Assembly: GCA_038496445.1 (NCBI GenBank)
Contig: JALMLS010000143.1
Coordinates: 372,001 to 436,000, forward strand
Source: Trichosphaerium sp. ATCC 40318
Lineage: Eukaryota; Protista; Tubulinea
DNA length: 64,000 nucleotides
Reading direction: 5' to 3'
The position numbers and the translations under genes are program-made. Of this stretch, positions 27,113-38,844 are shown in pieces; position 1 is the first letter of the stretch; each line of letters opens with the position of its first letter. The notes under the pieces are model-generated. The model did not search any database and was not told where the DNA came from. It saw only the letters and a list, made by a program, of their open reading frames with translations.

Positions 27113-28275
27113 ATGTCATTAAAACAATCAAATACCCCTTTCACGTCAAGAAAAGTAGAAAAGCTACACAACGATAAAGTAATGGTAGTACACGACGTAC
27201 TTACGCAAAAAGAATGTGACACACTGATAAACGAAGCGAAATCAGCACCAAATTCATTCTTCAGAGAAGCAGTGGCGCCAGGTTAGTAAAGACGCACGTA
27301 ATTAACGCTAACATACTGAAAGAGCTTCGTAACAACAAATGCACCGATTTGCAGGATAGATCTTGGTCCGAAAAGATTTGGGAACGACTCAAAGAATCAG
27401 ACAGCGTACCTCTATCATGGGATAAATGCGAAGCTATAGGCACCTTCTATAGACCACGTGTATGCTCTTATGATGCCGGCGAGTTTTTTAACAGTCACTG
27501 GGATGGTAGTGATACTATCGACTTTGGTGAACTTAAAGGAGCCTTAAGTCTTTTCACACTTGTCGTTTACCTAAATGACGACTATGTCGGAGGAGAAACA
27601 CGATTCCCTCTTCTAGATATCACTGTTTCTCCGAAACGCGGAAGTGTATTGATATTCCATCAACAGAGTATGCTCCACGAGGGCTGTAACATTGTTTCAG
27701 GAGAAAAATGGATTCTTCAGAGTAGTATCATGTTTAAAGCTCCAGACGCCTTCGCAATGTTTAAAAATGTCAAAGCAAGTGCAAGCAATTCGACATACTA
27801 TTCAAGATTCAGATGTGCTATAAGACTCCCACCTGCTAAATTTCTGAGAATGCTCGAAAAAGGTCAATCTTTTGATAACGTATCAAAAGCAATGTCTGAT
27901 GAAGGTCTCGATGCTGATGAGTTTTTTTTAAAGAAGCTTCCTAGTGTTGATAGTACAGTACAACAGCCAGGTGGTATGGGAATTCTAAAGGCGTTAAGGT
28001 GCTTACGTTTTCAAACATGGCATGTTTTTTATTCGATGCTCGTACACACTCTTCAAACTGATCCGGAAACTTTGTTTCACACTTACATGAGCTCTGAGGC
28101 GTTACCAAAACCTATAGATATAACATTCACAAGTGAACCAACACCTATAGAGTATTACAGTAAGATGCTGAAGCTTGGATTAAGTGTTGGTGCAGTACAT
28201 CAAAAAATTCGTGTTGACTATCCTTTTGGTCCTGCTGCCGATGAGATTATTGGAGAAATACAACAAAAAGCGTAG
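27113..28275 (+). CDS. 2OG-Fe(II) dioxygenase (prolyl-4-hydroxylase-like) with two C-terminal KMLKxG modules; one intron near 27282-27322
   Basis: VLTQKECDTLI, HWD, LVVYLNDDYVGGETRF, MLHEG and GEKW motifs. Confidence 0.85.
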
Positions 28276-28464
28276 ACAGTCCACTGATGTTTGTAGAAAA
28301 TTTTAGATAGAAAATAACAATAAAAAAAGGCCGGGCTTTTGATATTGGAGTTCTTGTTCTTTACTATTTTTTTGTTTGTTGAAATCAAAAGCAGTTGTTT
28401 GTGCAGCATTTTGTACTTATTTTTGAGAAGGTTAACCCTGTCTAAGGTTCTAGTTAGACAGTGC

Positions 28465-30104
28465 CTATATTATATGTACATCACCTAGCGCATTAAGACC
28501 TTCATCTGTGATATAGTTACAGTTCCTAACACTGATGATATGAACTCCTTTTAATGCTTTAATGCCTTCATCTGTTATATCAGTTTCATCAAGGTATATA
28601 GTATGGACTCCTTTTACTGCTTTTAGACCTTCATCTGTAATACTACGACACCTATCAAGTCCAATTGTATGGACACCTTTAAGTGATTTCAAGCCTTCAT
28701 CAGTTACTGAAGTATCAGATAGGATAATGCCATGAACATGACCCAAGGATTTTACACCTTCATCAGTAATATTACGACAACTATCAAGGCTAATTTTTTG
28801 AACACCTTTCAGTAATTTCAAACCTTCATCAGTTACTGAAGTATCATTGAGGCCAATAATGGTAACGCCTTTCAATGCTTTTAAACCTTCATCAGTTACT
28901 GAAGTACCATTTAGGACAATGCTATGAACATGACCCAAGGATTTTACACCTTCATCAGTAATATTACGACAACGCACAAGGCTAATTTTTTGAACACCTT
29001 TCAGTGATTTCAAACCTTCATCAGTTACTGAAGTATCATTGAGGCCAATATCGTAAACACCTTTCAGTGATTTCAAGCCTTCATCAGTTACTGAAGTATC
29101 AGATAGGATAATGCTATGAACATGACCCAAGGATTTTACACCTTCATCAGTAATATTACGACAACGCACAAGGCTAATTTTTTGAACACCTTTCAGTGAT
29201 TTCAAACCTTCATCAGTTACTGAAGTATCATTGAGGCCAATATCGTAAACACCTTTCAATGATTTGATACCCATACTTGTAATATTTTTGCAGTAATTAA
29301 GGCCAATAGTGTGAACACCTTTCAGTGCTTTTAAACCTTCATCTGAAATTGATGTACGATTGAGGCGTATATCATGAACACTTTTCAGAGCATCCATATC
29401 TTTATCTGTCAAGAGCTTACACTGGTCAAGCACAATAGATCGAAGAGATGAAAATTCTTTGAGATCAGTGCCATTGATATCACGTCTTTTGGATGCGTCA
29501 ATGTGGCGGAAATCATACAACAATGAAAATAAAGTGTTATTGCCCTGTAGCACAATCACAGTATTGTCCTTTAGACCCTTATATTGACGAACCTTAAGAA
29601 TGTCTTGAACTTTTGATAGATAAACCTTTTCATATCCAACAACATCATGAATGATATCAGCCATCAAACGACATGATTGTGTGATCGTAAATCTGTCCTT
29701 CCCACTTGTCTTAAAAAGAATACTCGAAATGATTTCGATTGGACAACTTAAAATATTTATTTCTTTGGATGTCACGTGTTTTCCTTTTTTTGCTTGAGGT
29801 TCACTATTAAAATAATTAAATCCATACCTCACGGATTAACAACGTACTTCATTGATTGATTGTGCGTAGGACGTTTAGAGGGCTTGGATCTTGTCTCGTT
29901 ACTGTAATTAATAAAATTATTTGTTTGTTCAAGAAGGATCTGATCGAGTTGATCTGTGAGACGTGTATTGTAGAAACTTAAAGTAATTTTCAGTTGTTCT
30001 AATAGTTGTTTATGCTGCTCTTCTGAAATGTTACTGAATACTACTGTATGGCTCTCGCGATAGTATTTTATTGCTTGTTTAATCGAAACACCAAAGAAAG
30101 CCAT
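28465..30104 (-). CDS. F-box + LRR protein (about 15 LRRs) with a single 5' intron
   Basis: ILSCPIEIISSILF..TQSCRLM F-box, similar to 3668-4621. A GTACGT..TAG intron near 29805-29847 joins upstream ORF 29829-30104 in frame. The start could be 30104 or the ATG near 29850. Confidence 0.85.
28681..29256 (-). repeat. Three near-identical tandem 192-bp units (3 LRRs / 64 aa each)
   Basis: Anchors recur at exact 192-bp spacing (ACCCAAGGAT at 28741/28933/29125; GAGGCCAATA at 28849/29041/29233). Confidence 0.95.
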
Positions 30105-30825
30105 AGATTTGTTGCGTTTTGGGTTTGACTACTTTTCGAATTGATTAGCCACGATTGACTAAAAAATGTGCTGTTTTCTGCAAAAATGTTGTACAAAAAT
30201 CCTCCAAAAGAACGGACTTCGAAGAAATACAACATGCCGCCAAATTTCGCGAAATGTAGTGCAAACCCAACATTACAAGTTCCTTGTTTCACATTGTTTC
30301 AAACGGTATATCTTTATCTACTAACACAGCTAGTAGAAGTAACTTTGGTAGAATTGTTTAGGTAGATGTTTCATGGTAGTAATCGCTGTACTTCAGCGCC
30401 ACAAGCCAGTAAGTCAGACCACCCAAATACAAGTATTTGTTTTTGCCAATGTAGATTCACATCTAAAATTATCTTCTTGTGCTGTTGTCTTTGCTACGTT
30501 TAGCTAACTAACCATATACTCAGTCTTCAGGTGAAGAAATTTTTATCGTATAAACACTTTTGAGTGATGTGATCCTTCACCTGTACCATGTTTTGGCAAG
30601 GTTTTTTCTTAAGCACAACGACATTTCATGTCCCTTTTGTACTTGCAAGGCACGTGTTAATGTACTTTACTCATCCCAAAATGGTTTAAATAAACAGATT
30701 CAAAGCTCAATCAAACGCAGAGCGTCTCCTTAAATAACAAGTTAAAGATGTTTCCAACAAGATTATAAAGTCTTGAATTCAGTTGACGGTTTTGGTTTTT
30801 CAAATACTCATTTTTCGTTAACGAC

Positions 30826-31849
30826 ATGTCGGCAAACGAGCAAGCACCAAGTAGGTTCCAGTATTTGTTTTTTGGGTTATGATTTTTTCTGATGAACAGA
30901 TTTAGTGTTAAATTTACCTCCTGAGCTACACTATATGATGAGAGAGCTGAGTACAGAAGTTAATCGTATTTGGCCAATTTTATGTAAACACTTGGCTTTT
31001 ACATCACGGTATACACCTAATCTTGAAAGAAATGGCGTATTTCATGAGCGTGGTGGCGGGAGGTGGATCTCAAACCAAGATATTCGCATATTGAGTACAC
31101 TGTGTAATATTACTTGCTCTTATGCTCAAGGTGTACGCCATGGGAAGTATATAGCCAAAAGGCGAGAATACGTGAAATCAAAAAGTCACAAAAGTTCAAC
31201 GGCAGAGGAAGGCATGTTTGAAAATGGCTTAAAGTCTGGGTTGTGGATAAGGTATTTTGCAAGTTATCTAGGTAAAGACAAAGTCTTTGATAAGACAAAT
31301 TATGTTAAAGGTAAGAGGGAAGGCATTTGTGTTGCAAAGAATACTTCTGGTGCTATTTGGTTAAGATGTAATTATAAGAATGATAAGTTAGATGGAGAAT
31401 ACAAGAGATGGACATGGAGGTATATTGCTAATAAGACATCTGAAGAAATTTATCACTTCAAGAATGGTGAAAAACATGGTGTTTGTACCTTTGAGGTTGT
31501 TGGTAGATTCCGTCTTCGTCAGATATATGTTAATGGTGTACTTCATGGAAAGTATAGAAAGGAGGATTATAAAGGAAATGTAATAGATGAGGGGTCTTAC
31601 AAAGATGGAGAGTTGGAGTTTAATACAAGGTATAAAAACGAAAATAGTATCAAAAGAATAGCAAGGTCTTACAGGTATGGTGAGATGCATGGTGTAACAA
31701 AAGTATGGATTGAAGGTATTCTAAGGAAGACTATGTCTTTTGAGAACGGTCTCATAAGCGGTTTGTATCAGGAGTGGGATAAAGAAGGTAAATTAGTAAA
31801 GACTTGTACGTACAACAAAGGGAAGAAAGTCAAAGACGAACAAGATTAA
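30826..31849 (+). CDS. F-box-like + MORN-variant repeat protein; a single 5' intron (30851-30899)
   Basis: MSANEQAPN spliced to LVLNLPPELHY..WPILCK; repeats YxNGxxHGxY; ends GLYQEWDKEGKLVKTCTYNKGK. Confidence 0.8.
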
Positions 31850-32112
31850 AAAAAAACTTAAACATGTGAAGAGAACAGTCCATACGCACGCCACGTGCAA
31901 CGAGGTATTTATTTGAAAGTGTTAAAAGAAAAAGGCGACAAGCCACACTCCCTGTTTATTCAGCATTACCAGACCAATAATGAGTATTCTATTGTACAAT
32001 TGTTATGAATTTAATACAAGCGCTATTATTCCATGTTTCGTGCCAAGTCTGTTTTTTTTTGTTAGGGTTAAAAAATCGGTGGCATTTTTACAAAGTTCTT
32101 AATGTTCTGAGC

Positions 32113-33939
32113 TCAAGAAGACGTTGTTGTTGCGCTAGGTTCATTTGAGGATCCTTGTTTCCTATCTTGGTCTCTGTCTCGTTTCAGCCCTCTTGAAAGC
32201 CCTGAATTGCCTAAAAAACTGGATATTTGAACTGTGCTTGCCATTAATAGTAAGAACACAAAACTAATCAGCACACCAAGCCACTTTTGTGGCGTGTTAA
32301 AAAATACAGGTAAGAATAAGAACGGATACACAGCAAGGAGTATAAGTAAGATACCAGTCACTGAGCCTTTGTATATAATCTGAAAAACAGAAGTTAGTAA
32401 GTCCTCGATTATTTCTCACTTGCCTTCTTTATCTTGTTTGTGTACTGGTTGTTTGGGCACTTACGTAATCTCAATAACACTCTAATAGCTGTAACGTTAT
32501 AAAAAATACCAATACATAAGAATGCGAGCAGATAGATGGATATAGTTATGCCTGAGATTAGACCTGAAGTGCCAAGCTATTTTAAATAAGAGATTTTCCT
32601 TTTGGGGTTTTTTTTTCATGTTCGCTTTGTACGTACTATGAATGATGCTATCTGTAGCACAATGTATACAATTAATGCGATAACAATAGTAACAATAAAG
32701 GGTATCCTCATCTTACTCAGAAAACCGTTTATATCTATTTGCTTATCCAATAAAACCTAACAGCAAATTGAGTAAAGCAAAAAAAACGTCGTAATACTCT
32801 TTACCTCATGCCACTTTAGCGCTGAAATCAAGAAAGAAGCCAATGCAAATGGTATGGCAGCAGTGTTCATTACATCTACAAAATACATGTGGTATATTCG
32901 CCGTATACCCCACAAATCGATAGCTTGCACAGCACGAACTAAACACAGAAAATGTAAGCCATTTACAGAAAAAAATTGTAAAAGAAAATCACGTGCGTAG
33001 AGCTACGACCAGTTCAAAAAAAGCTAAAAACAGAACATTGGATAATCTAAAATTTCGGTAGAAACCAAGCCTTATCATCTTGTATATACACAAACCACCC
33101 AACAACATAGGCCATACAAAAAAAGGAACTTGAACAAGAATGAAAACCCAATGAGAAGACAATAGTTCCTCCCATTCGTTTTGTTCTAAAAATAACAAAC
33201 GGAATTATATTAAACTAGAAGTGTTACGGATAGGAACTTACCATCGGTAACTGTTACGTTTGATACAGTCTCATTCGAAAGTACAAGCGCCCAAAGTTCA
33301 TCAAATAAGTCCGCTACAAATGGAATATTACAACTTTAATCACCGAAAAAAAAAAAGCCTCTTGAGCTATTTAGTAAGTACGCGCACGTGATATTGATAC
33401 CACTGGTGTGTAAATACCTCCATCGTTTCCAGTTGTAGCATACCACACCTTGCCAGGTATTTCTAACAAATCGCGCAATACAATGACTGCTGGATTGCTT
33501 TTTTGTACACGTTTAATGCTTGGCTGTATTGGTACGTCTCCTGACTTCTTTTGGGCAAATAAGACTACTTTATTAGCTAACGTAGTGTTTGAACCCCAAT
33601 TTATCATCGTAAGGTTAGATATATCACGCCATGGGCGATTAAAACTAAGCTGAGTGAAAACAAAGCAAAAAAAAAAATAACAGAAAAACAGAAAAAATGC
33701 CAATGGATGGTACGGAACAACACGTGTTGTGTTAAATAGATATTGTTCCGTATAAAAAAATATACCTCAATGTCGCTGTGCGATAAATTGCGCCATTCGG
33801 AGGTGATAATATTAACGCAGAATCTGCCAAAAATACAATCAAGATAAGCAGTAATAGGAGCTTTTGAAAAAACCATATATGTCAGCCCACTTTTATCTAA
33901 TTTGGGACTTACCAAGCGTTTAGAGATACCTAAATCCAT
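32113..33939 (-). CDS. Signal peptide + PA-like ectodomain + multi-pass (GPCR-like) membrane protein
   Basis: Spliced N-terminus MDLGISKRL|LLLLLILIVFLADSA; ectodomain NKVVLFA..IKRVQKSNPAVIV..IPG; several hydrophobic exons downstream. Confidence 0.65.
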
Positions 33940-34326
33940 GCCGTATTAATAGATGCCATAAGAGTTGTTTTACCAACGATATGATGTAGCTCACTTAAAC
34001 TCTTGACCATTAACTTATACTATTCAATCGACATTCCTGGTGTTTTTTCGAAAACAAAGTAACAGACATAACATTGGTTCAAGCAACAGATATTTACAGT
34101 CAGCAGCATAACAATACACTGTAATTGCACTAAACCAAGGATTACCACTGACGAAGGTATACTGTAACCTTGTGCCATTGCTATAAAACTTCGTTGTTGG
34201 AATACAAGTATTTGCCACGAAATTCAAACAAGCTTCAAGATATGGAAAAACACAAAGTGAGTGGTTTCGCCAGCACAATTGGAAAGTATTGTTTTAAAGA
34301 AGAGCAAATTGATCTCCGTTATTTTG

Positions 34327-35088
34327 TTAATTTATATATTCCACAATGTTGTCCTCGTTGTACTCGTTTTTTATACTACACTTCGAAACCGTCAAGTACC
34401 TTATTGTGTAATGATAGAGATACATGTTCTTTGCTAGTGTATAGCTAAAATAGTTTGGGTTGTCATTCGCAGTGACAATGCGACGTGTACTGCTTGCTAG
34501 TTCAAAGGACCACATCTGATTATCAGAATTACGTCGCCTTACATGTGCCACACCGAACCTTGATTTCTTTTTCCCTGACGGTACAGTAAGAACTCTTCCA
34601 GAGTAAGCACTTACAATTATAGCATCTAAAAAATCACGTGAGTACAGAGAAAGAGAAAACGAAACGCACAGCCACGATAGTATTCTAAATGAAATAATTG
34701 CCTTAGATCGCCACTATAGTATTTCTGTATCAGTCTCGTGCACGCTGAAGACCTGCTGCCTGTGACTTGAAGTACCTATGAATGATTAAAATACATGTCG
34801 AAGTAAGCAGAGATACAACAGTAGAGCCCTCTCTGAATGAGAGTTTCGAATAAAACAGGAACTGATTGAAAATACCTTGTTTGTATGTTCCGAAACAATC
34901 ATGAACGAAGGTTTGCTTGTTAATGTTTCGGACAGCCATTGACATTTGAATAACTGATTTTTTACAGGCTTTTCGTTTTGCTTGTATTGAAACACGCATT
35001 GGTTTCTCCCTCTTCCCCTAACATGTAGTACAAGACCACTATGCTTGTTTTTAATATAAACAGGTCCAATACACGCCACTAATGACAT
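34327..35088 (-). CDS. Ricin-B (beta-trefoil) lectin-like protein; 3' end uncertain
   Basis: YIKNKHSGLVLHV..NQLF, IVSAYSGRVLTV..DNQMW (QxW-type repeats); two introns reconstructed in frame. Confidence 0.7.
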
Positions 35089-35484
35089 GGTTTCGCCAGT
35101 AACTCTTTGACGAAACTACAACCCTTGCTCGCTGGTAGTATCTGCTTTGATATTAACTTTATTTCGATGCACGTTATGGTAACCAAAACTGCTTTCTACG
35201 CTGGTCACGTGATATCACTTTGTCCACTCTTATATGAAACATGTGGATCAACAACGAAGACAAACGAAGATACAAAAGCTATGTACGTATCTTAGACGCC
35301 GGTTTGGAAGCACGTGGATTCAAAAACCGCACTGGTATACCTTTTGGAACACTTGAGTTCAAGTACTGGTGAACGTGCGTTACCTTATCCAATAATAATG
35401 AACCATTGTAGTCATTTGAAAAACCAAAAAAAAATAACATCACATTATTTGTACATTGTTTATTTTATCACTAATCTACACCGA

Positions 35485-37521
35485 TTATTTTATGTTCTTT
35501 CTCAAACAACCACGAGGTTCTAGTACCAGTGATTTTGAGTATAACTCTTGCTCGTCCAGAAATATAAGCTGGCTCAAAGACCTACGTGGAGGTTTTAGTT
35601 CAATTTTTTTTTGGTTTTGTTTTGTAGCAATATGATGTACCTCATAAGGTTATCATCAACTGTAAAAGTGTAATAACCTCTCTGGAATCTTGCAATTTCT
35701 CTTATAACACGATATATAAGTTGAGGTTTTTTCCAGTTAATTAAGCCTCCAATCATGTCAGGATTTCCGTCTTCGATGAATGTCAAGTCAGTCAAATAAA
35801 CGCCCCTATAAAACGACATTACAAAAAAATACACAAGAAAAGTTACAAGTCCACAAAGCGTTCACAAAGTGCATAAACTAAAGCATAATAACATACAAGT
35901 AAGGTACAATTGGAAGCTGTAGTTGCTTCACAAATTCCCTGTAATTGGCGTAAGAACCATGAGCAGATAATTTCTCCTCAAGCCTTGCAAACTCCTGGCA
36001 AAAAAATAGGTAAGTGATGAAATACAATATATCTAGATGGCACATACATCAGTTATTTTATGAGAAAGGCTTTCCTTTGTGAATTTTAACCTACTTACAG
36101 ACGCATTATTAACGCCTGAAATAACAGACAGGCAAGTATTAAAGTTGTTCAGTTTATCTAGCTCCTAAAGCATAAAATAAGCAATAACACTACATACAAT
36201 ACGTCCTTCTCTTGAGGTAACTATTAACGTACACTAGCAATACGAATGACTTTACTGAGTATCTTAACACGATCTTTATGACGTGTTGATTGCACTACAC
36301 AAGTAGATATCCATAGAGATACAGCATTAAAACTTGATAGCAAGTCAGCACAAGGAAGTTTAAACTTACATCTTTTTACGTACCGTTTAATTAGTTTTAA
36401 CACGTTAACTGCTCTATACTTTAGCTTTTGCTTAGCCCAAGCTTGGTTCAATAACTCATAAGGCTAGAAGAGGTAAGTTAAGAATCCTGTTTTATTACCA
36501 CAAAGACTAATGTGCGTCACTACTACGTACTTGTATGGCTTTATAAATCTTGTCTTCAATAAGTGTCAAAGCACGTGCAATCTCGGTTTCCGAATAACGC
36601 ATCATTGTTTGTACAGGTCCAAAACTCTTTAGTAACAACGTATGTGAGTCTTTGAGATAAAAAAATATATCACGTACAGTAGCACGACCACGACGTTTTG
36701 GCTGCTCTGGAATGCTTTTTCCAAACTCCCTGAGCTAAATCCAAGTAAGATCGGCGTAATAATACAAAATCTCATCACGTACCCTCTCATCCAATGTCTC
36801 TTGAATCTCATTTGCTACAAAGAACATACCTTGACTCTTTAACACTAGAATTAACGCTTGTACTTGAGGTATAAGATTTGCTTTTCGAAAATCTTCAAAA
36901 CTTAAAATATGATAAGAATGGACGCCGTTACGTTAACATGTCAAGTAAATGAAGTTTAATAAAGTCGTACCGTAGTTTCAACCATAAATGTAGCACGTGT
37001 AATACTCTAGTTGATATTTTCTTCATCGTTACGGCATCAGGTACCTCAGTAGTTTTCGTTTGAGGCACAAAGAGCCTGTTGAAGAAATGTAAGCGTTTAA
37101 AAATAAATGAGACCGTTTGGAGTTTGAAAACATCAATTGTATGCGAATACAAAGGCAACAGCCGGAGTGTCATGTAAAAATTGTTTTGTGAGTGTACCGT
37201 TCTGTTAGCTTAGTAAACAGCTTCTCTGCCGTTGTAAACGCGATATACGTCAATAAAAACGTAGTAATAAACTCCTCAGCGCCAAATAACGAAATAAGCT
37301 ACGTGAAACAACGGAAATTGCGTACTTTCGAGCCTGGGATTCGTCAAACGAAGAATAAGCTGATTTAAGGATCCAGCAGCAAATTCTCGTCTGTCATTTG
37401 GTTTATTCGTTTCTCCTTCCTCCCACAGCACAAACTGGCGATCATACTCCTCCTCTTCCCATACGTTAAGATCAGGGTCGAATATAGGCTCCATCGAAGC
37501 CTCATCACCGTGAATGCTCAT
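35485..37521 (-). CDS. RasGEF (REM + CDC25 domain), multi-exon
   Basis: [40 protein letters not shown]|[22 protein letters not shown] and SLVLEPR. Confidence 0.92.
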
Positions 37522-37736
37522 GACAGCGTAAAACTTACATAAATGTGGAAACCTGTTGAACTAACAATTTTGGTCGCTTAGCACAAGAAATGTGACAGTT
37601 GCTTTTTTTTTGGGATACATTACAAACAAAAAACATTCAAAACCGACCTCTTAGCGCCAGAAATAAATACAAAAGCGTCAAAAATGTACTAGAAGGATGA
37701 CACAAATTATTGAATTTATTTTGAACATGGTCGAGC

Positions 37737-38620
37737 TTAAGCTTGTCTTTCTTTTCCCAAGTTTGCGGCACCGTACTCGATATTGTACTTGGATCTGGCT
37801 TTGCTAAATAAAACGATAAGAAAAAAAAATACGCGGCGAATAATAAAAAAAACCAAAAACAATTATTTGTTATTTTCCTCGCTTTACAATTTAGTAGCGA
37901 GTACGAACTATTGAGTTTTGTTTTAAAAAGAAACACGTACCGCAAAGCACCCTTTGTTTTGATAGGGTCGAATTTTCTCTCCTCGGCTGTGACGACGCGT
38001 GGTTCTGGTGTTTCGTATGCAACAAGGTTGGTGTGGAAATCTTTTTGAGATTTTGCTTGGGTGGCTTTGGTAATCTATACAAAGCGTAATTAGTACGGTG
38101 AAACAATTTTTAGCGACAATAAAGGCGAAAAAGTGCCTTTCACGAGATTTTCTGTTTTTTTGTTTGTTGGACGAACCTCGGAACTGTTTTTGACTGTAAC
38201 ACCCTTTGGTACAACCTTTGCGGTCTTCTCTGAGTTTTTGGAAAATACAATAAGCTTTGACAAGAACTCTTGAAGGCGAGCTACGTTAGGTTCGATTCCT
38301 TCTTCGCTGTAGTTTGTTCTTCTGTGATCTACAGCAATACCAATTGATCTGGCTTGTTTTGGGTTAACACCAGCGCGTTTCAACTCCTCTAAGCTGAATC
38401 CACGTCCAAGGCGTACACGGCGGTTGTGCATCTTCAAATTGCATCGAACGATAGGTCTGAGCAAACCATATGCAGGGCGAGGGAATACGCGTAGAGCTTT
38501 GGCTTTTCTCTTTTGTTTCCTTGCTCTTTTTTTTGCCGGTTGGTTAAACCAGAGACGGGCTAGAGGAGGCCAGTTCTTTTTAAAGTGGTTGTTTGGTGTT
38601 GCGGTATTGTGTCTTACCAT
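37737..38620 (-). CDS. RPL13: 60S ribosomal protein L13 (eL13), 3 exons
   Basis: WFNQPAKK, FPRP..LRPIVRC and RLGRGFSLEELK..GIAVDHRR; spliced C-terminus ends GKERQA*. Confidence 0.93.
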
Positions 38621-38844
38621 TGCGATACAATTTTTACCCTAAAAAAAATGGTAAGTCTGGTTTATTCTCGTGAGAATAATTGTCGCAAAAACTTAAGACA
38701 ACGCCTACGTCGAAAATAGCGCTCTCAGTAGTATTTCTACGCGATTTTTGGTACAATTAATTCATTCGGCGTTGGTTATTTTTCGTTAACACTTCTTGTG
38801 GATGTACGCGGCTGTAATTAGCGTAATTTAGTGTTTTAGCCCAG

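Noticed and set aside
28438-28461. 8-bp hairpin CTGTCTAA/TTAGACAG just after the LRR stop (mimivirus-like termination hairpin)
   Set aside because: The stem is short and no equivalent was found behind the other F-box genes.
25955-31849. Endogenous giant-virus insertion (cluster of intron-poor virus-like genes)
   Set aside because: No viral core genes, integrase or boundaries; the genes have spliceosomal 5' introns, and relatives are dispersed among host genes.
37521-38620. Apparent RPL13-RasGEF fusion suggested by overlapping minus-strand ORFs
   Set aside because: RPL13 splices to its own stop at 37737, and RasGEF has a separate ATG at 37521.
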